Sequence record: CP089609.1
DNA length: 64,000 nt
Source: a plasmid
Direction: 5' to 3' (one strand)
Shown in pieces: positions 20,616-29,899 of this stretch. Positions within the stretch are counted from its first letter, which is position 1; each line of letters starts with the position of its first letter. The position numbers were made by a program, and so were the translations under genes. The notes beneath the pieces are model-generated. The model had not been told where the DNA came from. It made no database searches and saw only the letters and a list, made by a program, of their open reading frames with translations.

Positions 20616-21325
20616 GGCTGCACCGCCTCATCGACCGGTTCGGCCGCCAGTTCCTCTGCGCTGCCGCCATTGTGGGCGCGCAGCCAGGTGCCCAATTCTT
20701 TGAGCCGGTCCAGTGACATCAGCGCTTCCACGATCGGGGCGACCTGGTATCGCTCGCCGTCGCCGGTGTCGATCAACAGGTCCAAGCGCACCAGTGAATC
20801 GATAGCGGCTCGGACCGCTTTCTCGTCGCGAACGTGGTTGGTCGCATCAGCGGGCCGGTAGTTGGCGGCCTCGGCCACCAAATCTGAGCGGTCGACGAAT
20901 ACCGCGGGGTCATCGAGATGACGCCCACGCAGCAGCATGCGTAGGTGCACGAGCAGGATCGTTTCTTCCCTCGAATAGCTCTGATCGTGCAACACCGTCG
21001 GGAAGGGCTGACTGCCTCCATCCGGGCGGGCATGACGCTTGTAGGCCACCGCCCGATCGGTATCGACAACCAACTGAATAAACAAATCGTTGAGCCGCGA
21101 CTCCAACAGCGGCCGGTTCTGGATCAGAACCCGCCAGTCAACAGGGTTGCGGTCGGCGGAAATGTAGCGCTTCTTCAACAAGGAAACCAGGGTCCGCCGT
21201 ACATCTGCACCCAACTGCCCCTGATCACCGTCGAACAGCGGCCCCGGGCCGTCAAAGTCCTCCACAGCCTCCGGTGCAGCCCACTGAGGGCCGATCATGT
21301 CTTCGCCGTCACGCATGTCAGTCAT
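20612..21325 (-). CDS. jetB: JetB/MksE-like protein (DUF4194-like)
   Basis: 237 aa when started at ATG 21325 (MTDMRDGED...). The upstream part of the longer ORF is out-of-frame Arg/Trp junk. It overlaps the jetA stop by 8 nt and the jetC start by 4 nt (ATGA). Size and pattern (VSLLKKRYISADRNPVDWRVLIQNRPLLESRLNDLFIQLVVD...) match JetB. Confidence 0.65.
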   Translation of the reverse strand: MTDMRDGEDMIGPQWAAPEAVEDFDGPGPLFDGDQGQLGADVRRTLVSLLKKRYISADRNPVDWRVLIQNRPLLESRLNDLFIQLVVDTDRAVAYKRHARPDGGSQPFPTVLHDQSYSREETILLVHLRMLLRGRHLDDPAVFVDRSDLVAEAANYRPADATNHVRDEKAVRAAIDSLVRLDLLIDTGDGERYQVAPIVEALMSLDRLKELGTWLRAHNGGSAEELAAEPVDEAVQP

Positions 21326-22840
21326 CGTCACCCCCGACCGCCGCGAGCCCGTCGCGATGACGCTCACCGAATGCGATCGCCGGCAGCCGAAGTTGCCGGT
21401 ACGTGCCATCAGCTCGCACCGTTTCGGCCACCTCGCCCCCCTGCGGATCTGCTTCGTCGAGCTCACCCAGGACCGCGGCCAGTTGCATGAGGCCGAACAC
21501 TTCGACGGGTCGTCGCAGCTCCTCGGGCAATCCGTTGAAGATGCTGCCCGCGCTGGTCTCGTCAGCCCCGGCACCGTCGATCGCCGCGGCCACCGCCGCG
21601 CGCAAAGCACGGACACTGGGCCCTCCACGCCGGCGAAGATCTTCCAGGGACGGGGCATCGGCCATGTCACCGGCGGTGTCGGCCAGGGGCGGGGGCGGCG
21701 CGTGCTCAGCCGGATCGTAGAAACGTTCCCTGGTATTGCCGATCGCCAGTCCGGACAACCCCAACTCCAACGGCACCCTCGCACGCGGCCCACTGAGCGT
21801 CATCCACTGTGCCAGTTCTTTTTTCGCCTCACGCAAGGCCTCATCGAAATCGCGATCACGCAGCGCATCATGGCTTGTGATGTAGGCGCGCAACGTTGAG
21901 GACAACCGTCTGCGAGCCTCCAGCACGGTGGTGATGCCCCGCCTGATGGACGTCACCGTCGCACGGAACTCGGCGACCTCGGTGGGCGGCTGCTGACTCG
22001 TGAACGGATGCGCGGTGATGCTATCGAGATCTCGGCGCAGCTGATTCATCAACGTCTCGTCACGGAGCAGTTCGACTGCACCCATAAACGCTTTGCCTTC
22101 AAGAGATTCCGACATGAGTCGCGCAGAACGGTCCAGATAGGTGTCGAGGACCTCGCCGGTGCGTCGGCCTTCCTGCCGGAATTCTTCGACCACACTGCGG
22201 TGAATCGTCTTCACGTGCTCGGAGAGCCGCAGAAAGTCGGCCGGGAGTTGAGCTGTCATGTCACGAATGTTCAGGTACTGCTCTACTACCCGCGCCTCAG
22301 GCACCATCGGCACTGCGCCGGCGGCGAGTTGATCGCGTTCAGCGCGCAGCTCGGCGATCTGCTCGTCGATGCGCGCCAGCCGCGCGTCGAGGTCTGGATC
22401 TGCATCCATAGCGCAGCGTCGAGCTGCGGCGATGATGGTGCGGATCCTCGATTGGCCGAACACTGATCGATCCCCGGCCACGCGGTAGACGTAGTCGATG
22501 GCCTCGCGGGCGTGGGAGGTCAGCGAATATTCTTCTCCGCCTTCGTCGCTCGGGCCAGGACGAGCCATTGTTCGCCGACCCAGCGTCGGCACAGTCCGCG
22601 GGCTGGTTCGTCGATGGTGTCCGCGCCGGCGGCGCGCAGTTCCCCCAGGAGTGCCTCGACGAGGGTGTGGAAGCGGTCGGCGGGCACCACGCGGTGTTCT
22701 TGGCCGAAGATCGTGGTGAACACGGCGATGACTACCGCGGCATTTTTGCGGGACATGAGGCTCAAGGTGGGTTTGTCGAATGCCCGCTCGGCGCGCGCCA
22801 GATCGGCGGCAACTCCGCTCATCGACGCAACTATCGGCAT
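21318..22840 (-). pseudogene. jetA: JetA/MksF-like protein (DUF3375-like) with an apparent frameshift near 22555-22580
   Basis: The N-terminal 100 aa (ORF 22840-22520: ...RKNAAVVIAVF...ADRFHTLVEALLGELRAAGA...RRWVGEQWL) and the remaining 420 aa (ORF 22592-21318: ...PGPSDEGGEEYSLTSHAREAIDYV...) lie in different frames overlapping by 70 nt. Together they reproduce the JetA layout (W-x-E-x-GWL then YP-GSDEP-YDLT). Confidence 0.65.
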
Positions 22841-22904
22841 GTTCAGCGAGCCTAGGCGCGCTGGCGAGGATGGTCGAGGCGATTCATCGGTGCCTGTGAC
22901 CAGC

Positions 22905-22975
22905 GGCGACAGGCAGTAATGTTACGGATCGCCACCACGCCCTGAGCTTGTTATGGTGCCGTACCATTGGATGGG
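22905..22975 (+). repeat. Copy A of a 60-70-nt repeated regulatory-like element (ATGTTACGG..CGC.ACCA..GAGCTTGTTATGGT.C.GT.CCAT..ATGG)
   Basis: About 75% identical to 26545-26612, which forms the hipB promoter/start region. Contains short inverted repeats (GGTA..TACC, CCAT..ATGG). Confidence 0.6.
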
Positions 22976-23262
22976 TCGGCGGTTTCGCGCAGCGAACCCA
23001 CCAGAACGCTCATCGCCCAGACCAGCGTGGCAGTCGCCAATACCAAGATCGCCAAGACCACGACCCGCACCCACACGGCCACACTGTCCGCGCCGGTGGC
23101 CACCCAGAGCGCGCTGCACACTACGCCAGCCAAGTACAGCCCCACGACAAACATCAATCGAGTGGTTCGCGATCGGCCACGCGCCAGACGCTGGGCCCGC
23201 TGCATCACAACGGTACCGGTCAGGTAGAACCCCAGAACGATCCAGCCCAAGCTCAAGCTCAT
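22951..23262 (-). CDS. Small membrane protein (3 TM)
   Basis: 103 aa and strongly hydrophobic. The competing plus-strand ORFs here are Arg/Pro-rich artefacts. Confidence 0.5.
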   Translation of the reverse strand: MSLSLGWIVLGFYLTGTVVMQRAQRLARGRSRTTRLMFVVGLYLAGVVCSALWVATGADSVAVWVRVVVLAILVLATATLVWAMSVLVGSLRETADPSNGTAP

Positions 23263-23342
23263 GTCCGAAGACTAAGCCGGGCCCCCGACAAACCTCGGCA
23301 CCATTGCGCAGTCTCGGCCATGACCGGTTTCACGTCGGAGCG

Positions 23343-23362
23343 GGCATATACCTGGGGACATG
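23343..23362 (+). promoter_or_regulatory. Leaderless motif copy b (GGCATATACCTgGGGaCATG)
   Basis: Followed only by a 39-codon Arg-rich ORF; may drive a short or non-coding transcript upstream of palindrome copy 1. Confidence 0.4.
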
Positions 23363-23436
23363 AGACCTCCCCGGACTCCTTGGCCCCCCAGCGAGCGACA
23401 ACGGACTCACAGCAGAAGCGCCTCACACCGCGTTTA

Positions 23437-23458
23437 TATACACCGCTACCGGTGTATA
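23437..23458. promoter_or_regulatory. Operator-like palindrome TATACACC-gctacc-GGTGTATA (copy 1); right half carries a TATAGT -10-like hexamer
   Basis: Perfect 8-bp arms with a 6-nt spacer, 38 nt upstream of the 23496 start. Confidence 0.6.
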
Positions 23459-23495
23459 GTGTCGTCGTGAGCGTCGCTGACCGCCAGGAGCATTC

Positions 23496-24518
23496 ATGAG
23501 CACCACCATTGCGTTGGCCGATGTCTCAGCGATATCACAAGGCTTCGCGGAATTCACCATGACGGCCAGCTCCATCGTCGCCTTCTGGATCATGCTGGGC
23601 GGTGCGGCGAAGGCCATCGTCGACCTCGTCAAGGGTCGCGGACCGGTCGCCGCGATCCGCACCCTAGGTTTCAGTGCGGCGCTCTGCGCACCGCTGTGGC
23701 TGCTCCCCACAGTCTTCAAGACGCTGCTGCACGCGGACACCGCATCCACACCGACCAGCGACGCACCTACCTCCCCGAGCACCTCGGCGGCGCCCCCGAG
23801 CACACCGCCCGCGTCGCCAGCGCCGCAACCAGACGTAGACCCCACCTCATGGCTGGTCCCGATGGGTATCGCCGCAGCCGGGATCGCGGCGATCGCCGCC
23901 CTGATCGGGTCGAGCATCGTGATCGCGCGAATCATCGCCGGACGCCGGACTGCCCGTCGGCAGGCCACGCAGCGCCGGGCGGCGCAGCTGCAGCGTTGGG
24001 CCGCCGGCGAGAAGGCCCTCACCGCCACCTCTGCGGCATTGATGGAGTTCGAGTCAGATGTGGAGTCGGTGTATTTCACCCGGCCGCTGCTGGCTGATGT
24101 CACAGAGCCCCTGTCAGCTGCGTTCTACACCGCCTACAGCGACGCATTGTCCCTTCAGCTCGATACCGTGCCGACCGACGACGATCAGATCGCCGCCTTC
24201 GTCACCGCCGCGAACGCTGCACACCGCGCGTTCACCGCCGCCAACGACAGTGCGTTACACAAGGCACGGCGCGGCGTGGTTCACGGCGACCGCGAACTCA
24301 CTCCCGCAGAAGCACGCAAGCTCGGCCATGCCCGCAAGCTCTTCGCCCAAGCCCTCGATCCGGCCAACACCACGGAGGCAGCGGCCACGGCTCATTCCAA
24401 AGCCCAGGATCTGCTCGACGAGGTCGGCCTGATCGTCCCTGAACGTCTGGCCTCCACCGTGGTGCGCAGCATCGAGGCTCTACACCAGCCCGCCCTCACC
24501 ACCGGAGCCCAGCAATGA
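23496..24518 (+). CDS. Membrane hypothetical protein (Pro/Thr/Ser linker, 2+ TM)
   Basis: 340 aa. Start lies 38 nt downstream of a TATACACC-N6-GGTGTATA palindrome. Confidence 0.55.
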   Translation: MSTTIALADVSAISQGFAEFTMTASSIVAFWIMLGGAAKAIVDLVKGRGPVAAIRTLGFSAALCAPLWLLPTVFKTLLHADTASTPTSDAPTSPSTSAAPPSTPPASPAPQPDVDPTSWLVPMGIAAAGIAAIAALIGSSIVIARIIAGRRTARRQATQRRAAQLQRWAAGEKALTATSAALMEFESDVESVYFTRPLLADVTEPLSAAFYTAYSDALSLQLDTVPTDDDQIAAFVTAANAAHRAFTAANDSALHKARRGVVHGDRELTPAEARKLGHARKLFAQALDPANTTEAAATAHSKAQDLLDEVGLIVPERLASTVVRSIEALHQPALTTGAQQ

Positions 24519-24775
24519 GCACACCTATCCCGCCGGCCACTCCCGACCAGGAATGGACCTATGTCGATCTCCCCTACTGGACGGCAACGGCCCGGTGGCC
24601 GGCCTTGACCGCGATCAGCCTCTGGGTACATGCCCACGCCGGCTGGCCCCCTTACCAGATGACAGTCATCTCCATGGCGATCGTCGCCACGTTCACGTTC
24701 ATGGGTTGTGCAGATTGGCAAGACCGCCGCGCCACCCGCCGCCGCGACGCCCCGACCATCGAAGAACTCCGCTGA
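24515..24775 (+). CDS. Small membrane protein
   Basis: 86 aa. ATGA overlap with the upstream gene. Confidence 0.5.
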   Translation: MSTPIPPATPDQEWTYVDLPYWTATARWPALTAISLWVHAHAGWPPYQMTVISMAIVATFTFMGCADWQDRRATRRRDAPTIEELR

Positions 24776-24784
24776 AAGGCTCTT

Positions 24785-25255
24785 GTGAAGCTCAACAACG
24801 CCGCACTGATCACCGCGGACGCTGACGACCTCTCCTTCTGCATCAACACAATCCGCGAGAATCCGCACCTCGGGACGTGGTTGTCCATCGAATTCGACGG
24901 TGCGGGCAGCACCGCCGTCGTGCGCGTGACTTCAGCGGCCCTCATCAGCGATACCGACGACGACTACTGGGCGCTGGACTGCGAGATCACCGAGATCCAT
25001 TCGGCTCCCGGGATCGACGTCGGCTACCGCGTGCACGATCAGTGCACGCTGACCACCCCAGCCGATAGCCACTCTCACGAGGCACACCCTGACGGCTTTC
25101 TGTCCCTGCCCGACCCTCCTCGGGGATCGGGATTGCCGCACCAAACGCCAGAGCGCGATGTGCAAGAGCCCGACGAGCAGCAAAACGTGGCTCCCGGCTC
25201 CACTCGCCTGGCTCTTCAGCAAGACACCACCCATGCCAGCCGACATTCCGCCTGA
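24785..25255 (+). CDS. Hypothetical protein
   Basis: 156 aa with a GTG start. Confidence 0.4.
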   Translation: MKLNNAALITADADDLSFCINTIRENPHLGTWLSIEFDGAGSTAVVRVTSAALISDTDDDYWALDCEITEIHSAPGIDVGYRVHDQCTLTTPADSHSHEAHPDGFLSLPDPPRGSGLPHQTPERDVQEPDEQQNVAPGSTRLALQQDTTHASRHSA

Positions 25256-25282
25256 TGAATGACCGGATGTCGCCCACCGACC

Positions 25283-25302
25283 GGCATATACCTCCGGGCA
25301 TG
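25283..25302 (+). promoter_or_regulatory. Leaderless motif copy c (GGCATATACCTCcGGgCATG)
   Basis: Ends in the start codon of 25300-26487. Confidence 0.5.
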
Positions 25303-26487
25303 AGTGATCGCGAAGCCCTCAACCCGGGTCACCAGGACACCTCAAGCCTGCCGCAGCCCTCGGACGGCCAGTGGATGGAAGAGTGGGCCAACCCCGACGC
25401 CGACATCCCGCTGTCCAACGACGTCGACACCGGCATCCCCCACACCTACAGTGCGCGCGAGATCGTCGACGCGCTCGACGCATCCACCCCCAGCGGAATC
25501 CTCGACGACACCGCCCTTCCCGCCGACTTGATCGCCAAGCGCGCCGCCCGCGGCGACATTCCCTACTGCCCACCAGCGCCACGTAAGTCCCTGTCCCTGA
25601 CAGGCTTTCGCGTCGCGCTGCTGGCAGCGATCCCCATTTTGTGGGCCCTGGCCGTGGCCGGTGTCATCACCGGGTTCGTCACCGGCATCGTGGCGATTAT
25701 CGGCTGCCTCGCTGTGCCGACCGTCTTCACCGGCGGAATCTGGACATGGGCGCACAGGCCCACACTGCTGCACCGCGACCCCTACACACCCGAAGATCAC
25801 GCCGCACTACAGCGCGCCATGGCGGATTGGCCGGGCCGGGCTCATCTGGCCCTCTACAGCGACCGCGCAGCGCTGCAGGCGACGTGGGATGACCGCTGGC
25901 CTTGGGCCGGCGACAAGGGGGCCGCCGCCGCGGTCTGGCGCGAACCACACCTCGTCGGCGTTTCCCAGCTCATCGCCAACGACATCACATCCGGAACCGC
26001 ATGGCGTAGCGACCTTTTCGACACCCATCGAGTACGTATCGATGTGCCCGCAACACTGACCAACATCCGGATGCGCGCGTTCCGCATTTGGCGCATCCGC
26101 GCCGACACTCTCGCCCCGACCGAGGCCTCCGATCCAGACGGCGCCGCGGCACGCCGCTACACCGAAATCACCGATGCCCTCGCCGAGGCCGAAAAGCAGC
26201 TGATCGCCATCGTCTGGGAACTGTGGGACTACCGCTGCTCAATGGCCCCCATCAATTCCCTGGTCGACGAGATCTCGGCCCTCAACCTCAGCACCGAGAG
26301 GGTTTCTGACGACGCGGTACGCCAGCTGCGCATCGACGGTGCCGCCAGTGCATTGGAGCGCACACAGATCTCCGATGCGCACGACGAGCTGGCCGACCTG
26401 AAGGCGAATCTCACCGCACGTCTGGAGGTGCTGCATTCACAGCTTCATCTACCGGCCGCAGCCTTGCCCTTGGTTGCGAAGAGGTGA
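25300..26487 (+). CDS. Membrane hypothetical protein (start at conserved leaderless motif)
   Basis: ATG at 25300 directly follows GGCATATACCTCCGGGC. 2 TM helices followed by a helical C-terminal domain. Confidence 0.55.
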   Translation: MSDREALNPGHQDTSSLPQPSDGQWMEEWANPDADIPLSNDVDTGIPHTYSAREIVDALDASTPSGILDDTALPADLIAKRAARGDIPYCPPAPRKSLSLTGFRVALLAAIPILWALAVAGVITGFVTGIVAIIGCLAVPTVFTGGIWTWAHRPTLLHRDPYTPEDHAALQRAMADWPGRAHLALYSDRAALQATWDDRWPWAGDKGAAAAVWREPHLVGVSQLIANDITSGTAWRSDLFDTHRVRIDVPATLTNIRMRAFRIWRIRADTLAPTEASDPDGAAARRYTEITDALAEAEKQLIAIVWELWDYRCSMAPINSLVDEISALNLSTERVSDDAVRQLRIDGAASALERTQISDAHDELADLKANLTARLEVLHSQLHLPAAALPLVAKR

Positions 26488-26544
26488 CCGGCTGCACGGT
26501 GGTTGCACAGGTACCTTCGCCCTCGGGTAGGCGGCGCGGCGAGC

Positions 26545-26612
26545 ACCAGCCAACAGCAGATGTTACGGTACGCTACCATTATCGAGCTTGTTATGGTACG
26601 GTTCCATCATGG
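26545..26612 (+). repeat. Copy B of the repeated element; overlaps the hipB promoter and start codon
   Basis: See copy A. It ends in CCATCATGG, which contains the hipB ATG. Confidence 0.6.
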
Positions 26613-26896
26613 TGTCTGACGTGCGTGAACAGCTAGCCCAGCTCGGGTCGCAGCTCCGTCATGCCCGGCTGGCAGCGAAGCTGAGTCAAGACGAGCTCGG
26701 CCGGCGCGCGGGTATATCCCGCCAACTGATCAGCCGCATCGAATCCGGCCACCCCAACGGGGAGATTTCCGCTGTCGCCGCAGTCGCCGACGCCCTGGAC
26801 TATCGCCTCACCGCAGTGCCCCACAAGGAGCCCAACCGAAGCGAGCAAGCCGCCCTCGATCTGATCAACCGACTCCGCGACACACCCACCGTCTGA
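26609..26896 (+). CDS. hipB: XRE-family HTH antitoxin HipB-like
   Basis: LSQDELGRRAGISRQLISRIESG is a classic XRE HTH. The stop overlaps the hipA start (TGATG). Confidence 0.7.
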   Translation: MVSDVREQLAQLGSQLRHARLAAKLSQDELGRRAGISRQLISRIESGHPNGEISAVAAVADALDYRLTAVPHKEPNRSEQAALDLINRLRDTPTV

Positions 26897-28323
26897 TGCC
26901 CTCGGATCTGGTTGTCGTCCTCAACGGTGAAGTCGCCGGGGTGATCAGCCACGAATTCGGCCGCCCTCGCTTCGCCTACCTCGACAGCTACGCCTCGGTC
27001 GCCGGCCAAACCCCACTGTCCTTGTCGATGCCGCTACGCATCGGCCACCTCTACGGACACCGCACCACCGCACCCTGGCTCTCAGGACTTCTGCCCGACG
27101 ATGCCCGGGTCCGTGAACGGTGGGCACGGGAGTTCGACGTCTCCCCCGACAACCCGTCAGCACTACTGGAGCACCTCGGCCGCGACTGCGCCGGCGCCGT
27201 CCAAATCACCCCACCGGATTCTCTCCCCCAGCTCCTCACCCAGTCCGGCCACCTCGAACCAACCACCGAGTCCGCCATCGGCGCACGACTGCGCCAGCTG
27301 CACACCGAATCCGACCACTGGACTCGCGACAACGACCGCTGGAGCCTGGCCGGCGCACAGTCGAAGTTCACCGTTGCCTCCACTGACGACGGGTGGGCCT
27401 GGACCCATGGCACGGCAGCCAGCACCCACATCATCAAACCCGGCATCACCCGATTCCACGACCAGGCGCTCAACGAACACTTATGCCAGCGCGCATTCGC
27501 CCTCATCGGCATCCATGCCGCCCGCACGGCCTATCACGAATTCGACGGCACCCCAGCCATCGTCGTCACCCGCTATGACCGCGTCATCGACGGCGACGGA
27601 ACCGTCACCCGCATCCACCAGGAAGATATGTGCCAAGCGCTCGGAGTCTGGCCACACAAGAAGTACGCCTCCGACGGCGGGCCGTCGGCCGTCGCGATCG
27701 CCCAAATGCTCGGCCGCTCGGCCACACAGCACGACGTCGACCGCTTCACTGATGCTGTTGTCGCGCAATATCTTTGCGGAGCTCCCGACGCGCACGCGAA
27801 GAACTACAGTGTCATCCTGGCCGGTGACCACGCCGCCCTGGCACCGGTTTACGACGTCGCCAGCGTGTTGCCCTACCACCCCGACCCAAACTCCGGTCTG
27901 GCCCGCGTCGCAATGCCCATCGCCGGGCACAGCCGCTTCGGCGACGTCGATCTGCACTACGTCGAGAAGTTCGCTACCACCGCCGGAACTGACCCCGACC
28001 GCCTCGTCGCCCGCGCCCGCGAAATGGCCGCCGACCTCCCCGACGCCATCTCCACCGCAGCTGCAGACATCCCACCCGAAACCCTGGGATCCATCGCCGA
28101 CCAACTCAGCACCGGAATCTCCGAACACTGCGCCACACTCGACCGCCCGCCCACCAACACCCGGCGCCGACGTCTACCCCCGACCGACCCCGAACCCGAG
28201 CTGGTCCGAGACGCAGAACCCCTCGACGACACCATCCCGGTCGTCGGACACTCCCGCGGCGGCCACCCCATCACCGCCCACCGCCGCCACCGCCCGGGCC
28301 AATCGCTGAGCCGCCCCAGCTGA
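26896..28323 (+). CDS. hipA: HipA-family Ser/Thr kinase toxin with Pro-rich C-terminal extension
   Basis: HipA N-terminal couple domain; catalytic motifs WSLAGAQSKF and CGAPDAHAKNYSV (the D-x-H-x-K-N loop); DVASVLPY. Confidence 0.8.
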   Translation: MPSDLVVVLNGEVAGVISHEFGRPRFAYLDSYASVAGQTPLSLSMPLRIGHLYGHRTTAPWLSGLLPDDARVRERWAREFDVSPDNPSALLEHLGRDCAGAVQITPPDSLPQLLTQSGHLEPTTESAIGARLRQLHTESDHWTRDNDRWSLAGAQSKFTVASTDDGWAWTHGTAASTHIIKPGITRFHDQALNEHLCQRAFALIGIHAARTAYHEFDGTPAIVVTRYDRVIDGDGTVTRIHQEDMCQALGVWPHKKYASDGGPSAVAIAQMLGRSATQHDVDRFTDAVVAQYLCGAPDAHAKNYSVILAGDHAALAPVYDVASVLPYHPDPNSGLARVAMPIAGHSRFGDVDLHYVEKFATTAGTDPDRLVARAREMAADLPDAISTAAADIPPETLGSIADQLSTGISEHCATLDRPPTNTRRRRLPPTDPEPELVRDAEPLDDTIPVVGHSRGGHPITAHRRHRPGQSLSRPS

Positions 28324-28363
28324 CACACCTCACAGACCCGGGGGCCTCACCAAGCGCGAGGAC

Positions 28364-28750
28364 GTGCTTTCCATTGTCCGTGTCACTCTCGTGGTGCACC
28401 ATGCGCCTATGACTGCCCTCTACGTCGCAGCACTTCTGACCACCGTCTCGCTGCTGCTCAATATCGCTCACCGCCGGCGGTGGTGGCCGCCACTGTCCAC
28501 ACCCGCGTTCCTCACTGCCTTCATGTGGCTGGCCACCGCGCTGTCCTACATCGCCGCGGCGATCGAAGCCGCGGTGACCAACCCGGACCAGCCGGCGGCG
28601 TACGCCGGCCCGCTGGTCCTGCTGGCCATCCTTCCGCTGCTGCCGGCTCTTGCCATCGGCGGACCTGTCATTGTGCGCTCGCTCTACCAGGAGGCCCTCG
28701 CGCTCGAACGCGACGGCGCACGCACGACATCCCCCGACCCCGCGGGCTGA
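28364..28750 (+). CDS. Small membrane protein (3-4 TM)
   Basis: 128-aa hydrophobic ORF. Confidence 0.5.
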   Translation: MLSIVRVTLVVHHAPMTALYVAALLTTVSLLLNIAHRRRWWPPLSTPAFLTAFMWLATALSYIAAAIEAAVTNPDQPAAYAGPLVLLAILPLLPALAIGGPVIVRSLYQEALALERDGARTTSPDPAG

Positions 28751-28772
28751 CGCTTCCGTTGGCTCACCACAG

Positions 28773-28785
28773 CCCCCCCCCCCCC
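28773..28785. repeat. Poly-C homopolymer tract (13 C)
   Basis: Seen directly in the sequence; intergenic. Confidence 0.9.
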
Positions 28786-28897
28786 GCAACACCGCGGCGA
28801 CAGACTGCCCCAGAAAGAGCCGATACTTCGCCAACGCGGCTAAAACTGACCCGCGTACGCCACAGCCTCATCGCGCTGCGCGCGCATCTGGCTTACC

Positions 28898-28926
28898 GTA
28901 CTTCGAATGTACTTCGACATGTACTC
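28898..28926 (+). repeat. Iteron-like direct repeats GTACTTCGA x2 + GTACTC (11-12-nt period) upstream of the winged-helix gene
   Basis: ccGTACTTCGAatGTACTTCGAcatGTACTCag lies 9 nt before the ATG at 28935. Confidence 0.45.
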
Positions 28927-28934
28927 AGAAGGTT

Positions 28935-29802
28935 ATCTATAGGCATGTCTGCCGACGCATTTGGACATACCCCACCATGGTTGCCGATCAAAGTTGTAGC
29001 GGCCATGATGAGACGCGTGAATCGCACCATCTCGACTGAGCAAAAAGACACGATCGCGGACATGCTGGCAAAGTCCAAGCGACCGGGTCGACGGGTCCAG
29101 TTCCGTAATCGGTTCGTGCAGCGTGGCACCCAGAGCGCTCCCGAACCTGGCCCTCTAGCCAAGATCGTGCGGTCCCACGATGAACTCGCCCTCGACGCCT
29201 TCATGCTGCACCGCGCTCTGGCCAGCAAGGAGCCGTGGCAGAGCCGTGAACTGCACTCGCTGGTGTGGGCGCGCTCGCTCGGAGTGCACACCGACAGCGA
29301 CGGCGGCGCGGCAGCGGTGTCGCGGGTGTGGCGGCGCCTCGACCAAACTCATCACCTCATCGCGCGCGGGAAGAAAGGCCGCACGGGCGTTTATACGTCG
29401 CTGTGCGAGGACGGCGGCGGCGACCCGTACACCTCCCCGTCAGGCACCGGGGTCGACGGGCGCTACTTCCAGGTGCCGTTCGAGTACTGGGAGCAGGGCT
29501 GGCATCACAGCCTGTCACTGCCCGGCAAGGCGATGCTGCTGGTGGGCTCCACCCTCAAGCCTCCGTTTCTGCTTCCAGTGGACAAGGTCCCGGGCTGGTA
29601 CGGCCTGAGCACCGAGACCGCGCAGCGAGGATTGGCCGAGCTGCGCGATCTCGGAGTGCTCATTGAAAGCATCGAGCTGAAGTACACGCCATTGACCGCC
29701 ACGATGACCACCCGTGAGTACCGGTACACGCTGGCGGCCCCGTTCGGCCGCATTCAGCGGGCCCGCCATCTCACCGTCGTCCCTGATGCGGCGGGCGCAT
29801 GA
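28935..29802 (+). CDS. Winged-helix DNA-binding protein, possible plasmid Rep-like initiator
   Basis: 289 aa starting at ATG 28935; the upstream part of the longer ORF overlaps the previous gene and is junk. C-terminal LSTETAQRGLAELRDLGVLIE is wHTH-like. Iteron-like repeats lie immediately upstream. Confidence 0.45.
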
Positions 29803-29899
29803 CAACGACAAAGCCCCGGCGACATGGCAATCAGCGGTCGTCCGGGGCAATTCGGGAGCCAATCTATCACGCCTCGCGCGCCACTTGGAGGGACCACCG

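Noticed and set aside
22948-23499. The plus-strand ORFs (136-183 aa) were checked against the minus-strand membrane protein.
   Set aside because: They are extremely Arg/Pro-rich with low GC3, which is typical out-of-frame noise in high-GC DNA. The minus-strand ORF has clean TM helices.
28480-29802. The 440-aa ORF was considered as one gene.
   Set aside because: Its first about 150 codons overlap the 28364-28750 membrane gene in another frame and read as junk. The coding signal starts at ATG 28935.
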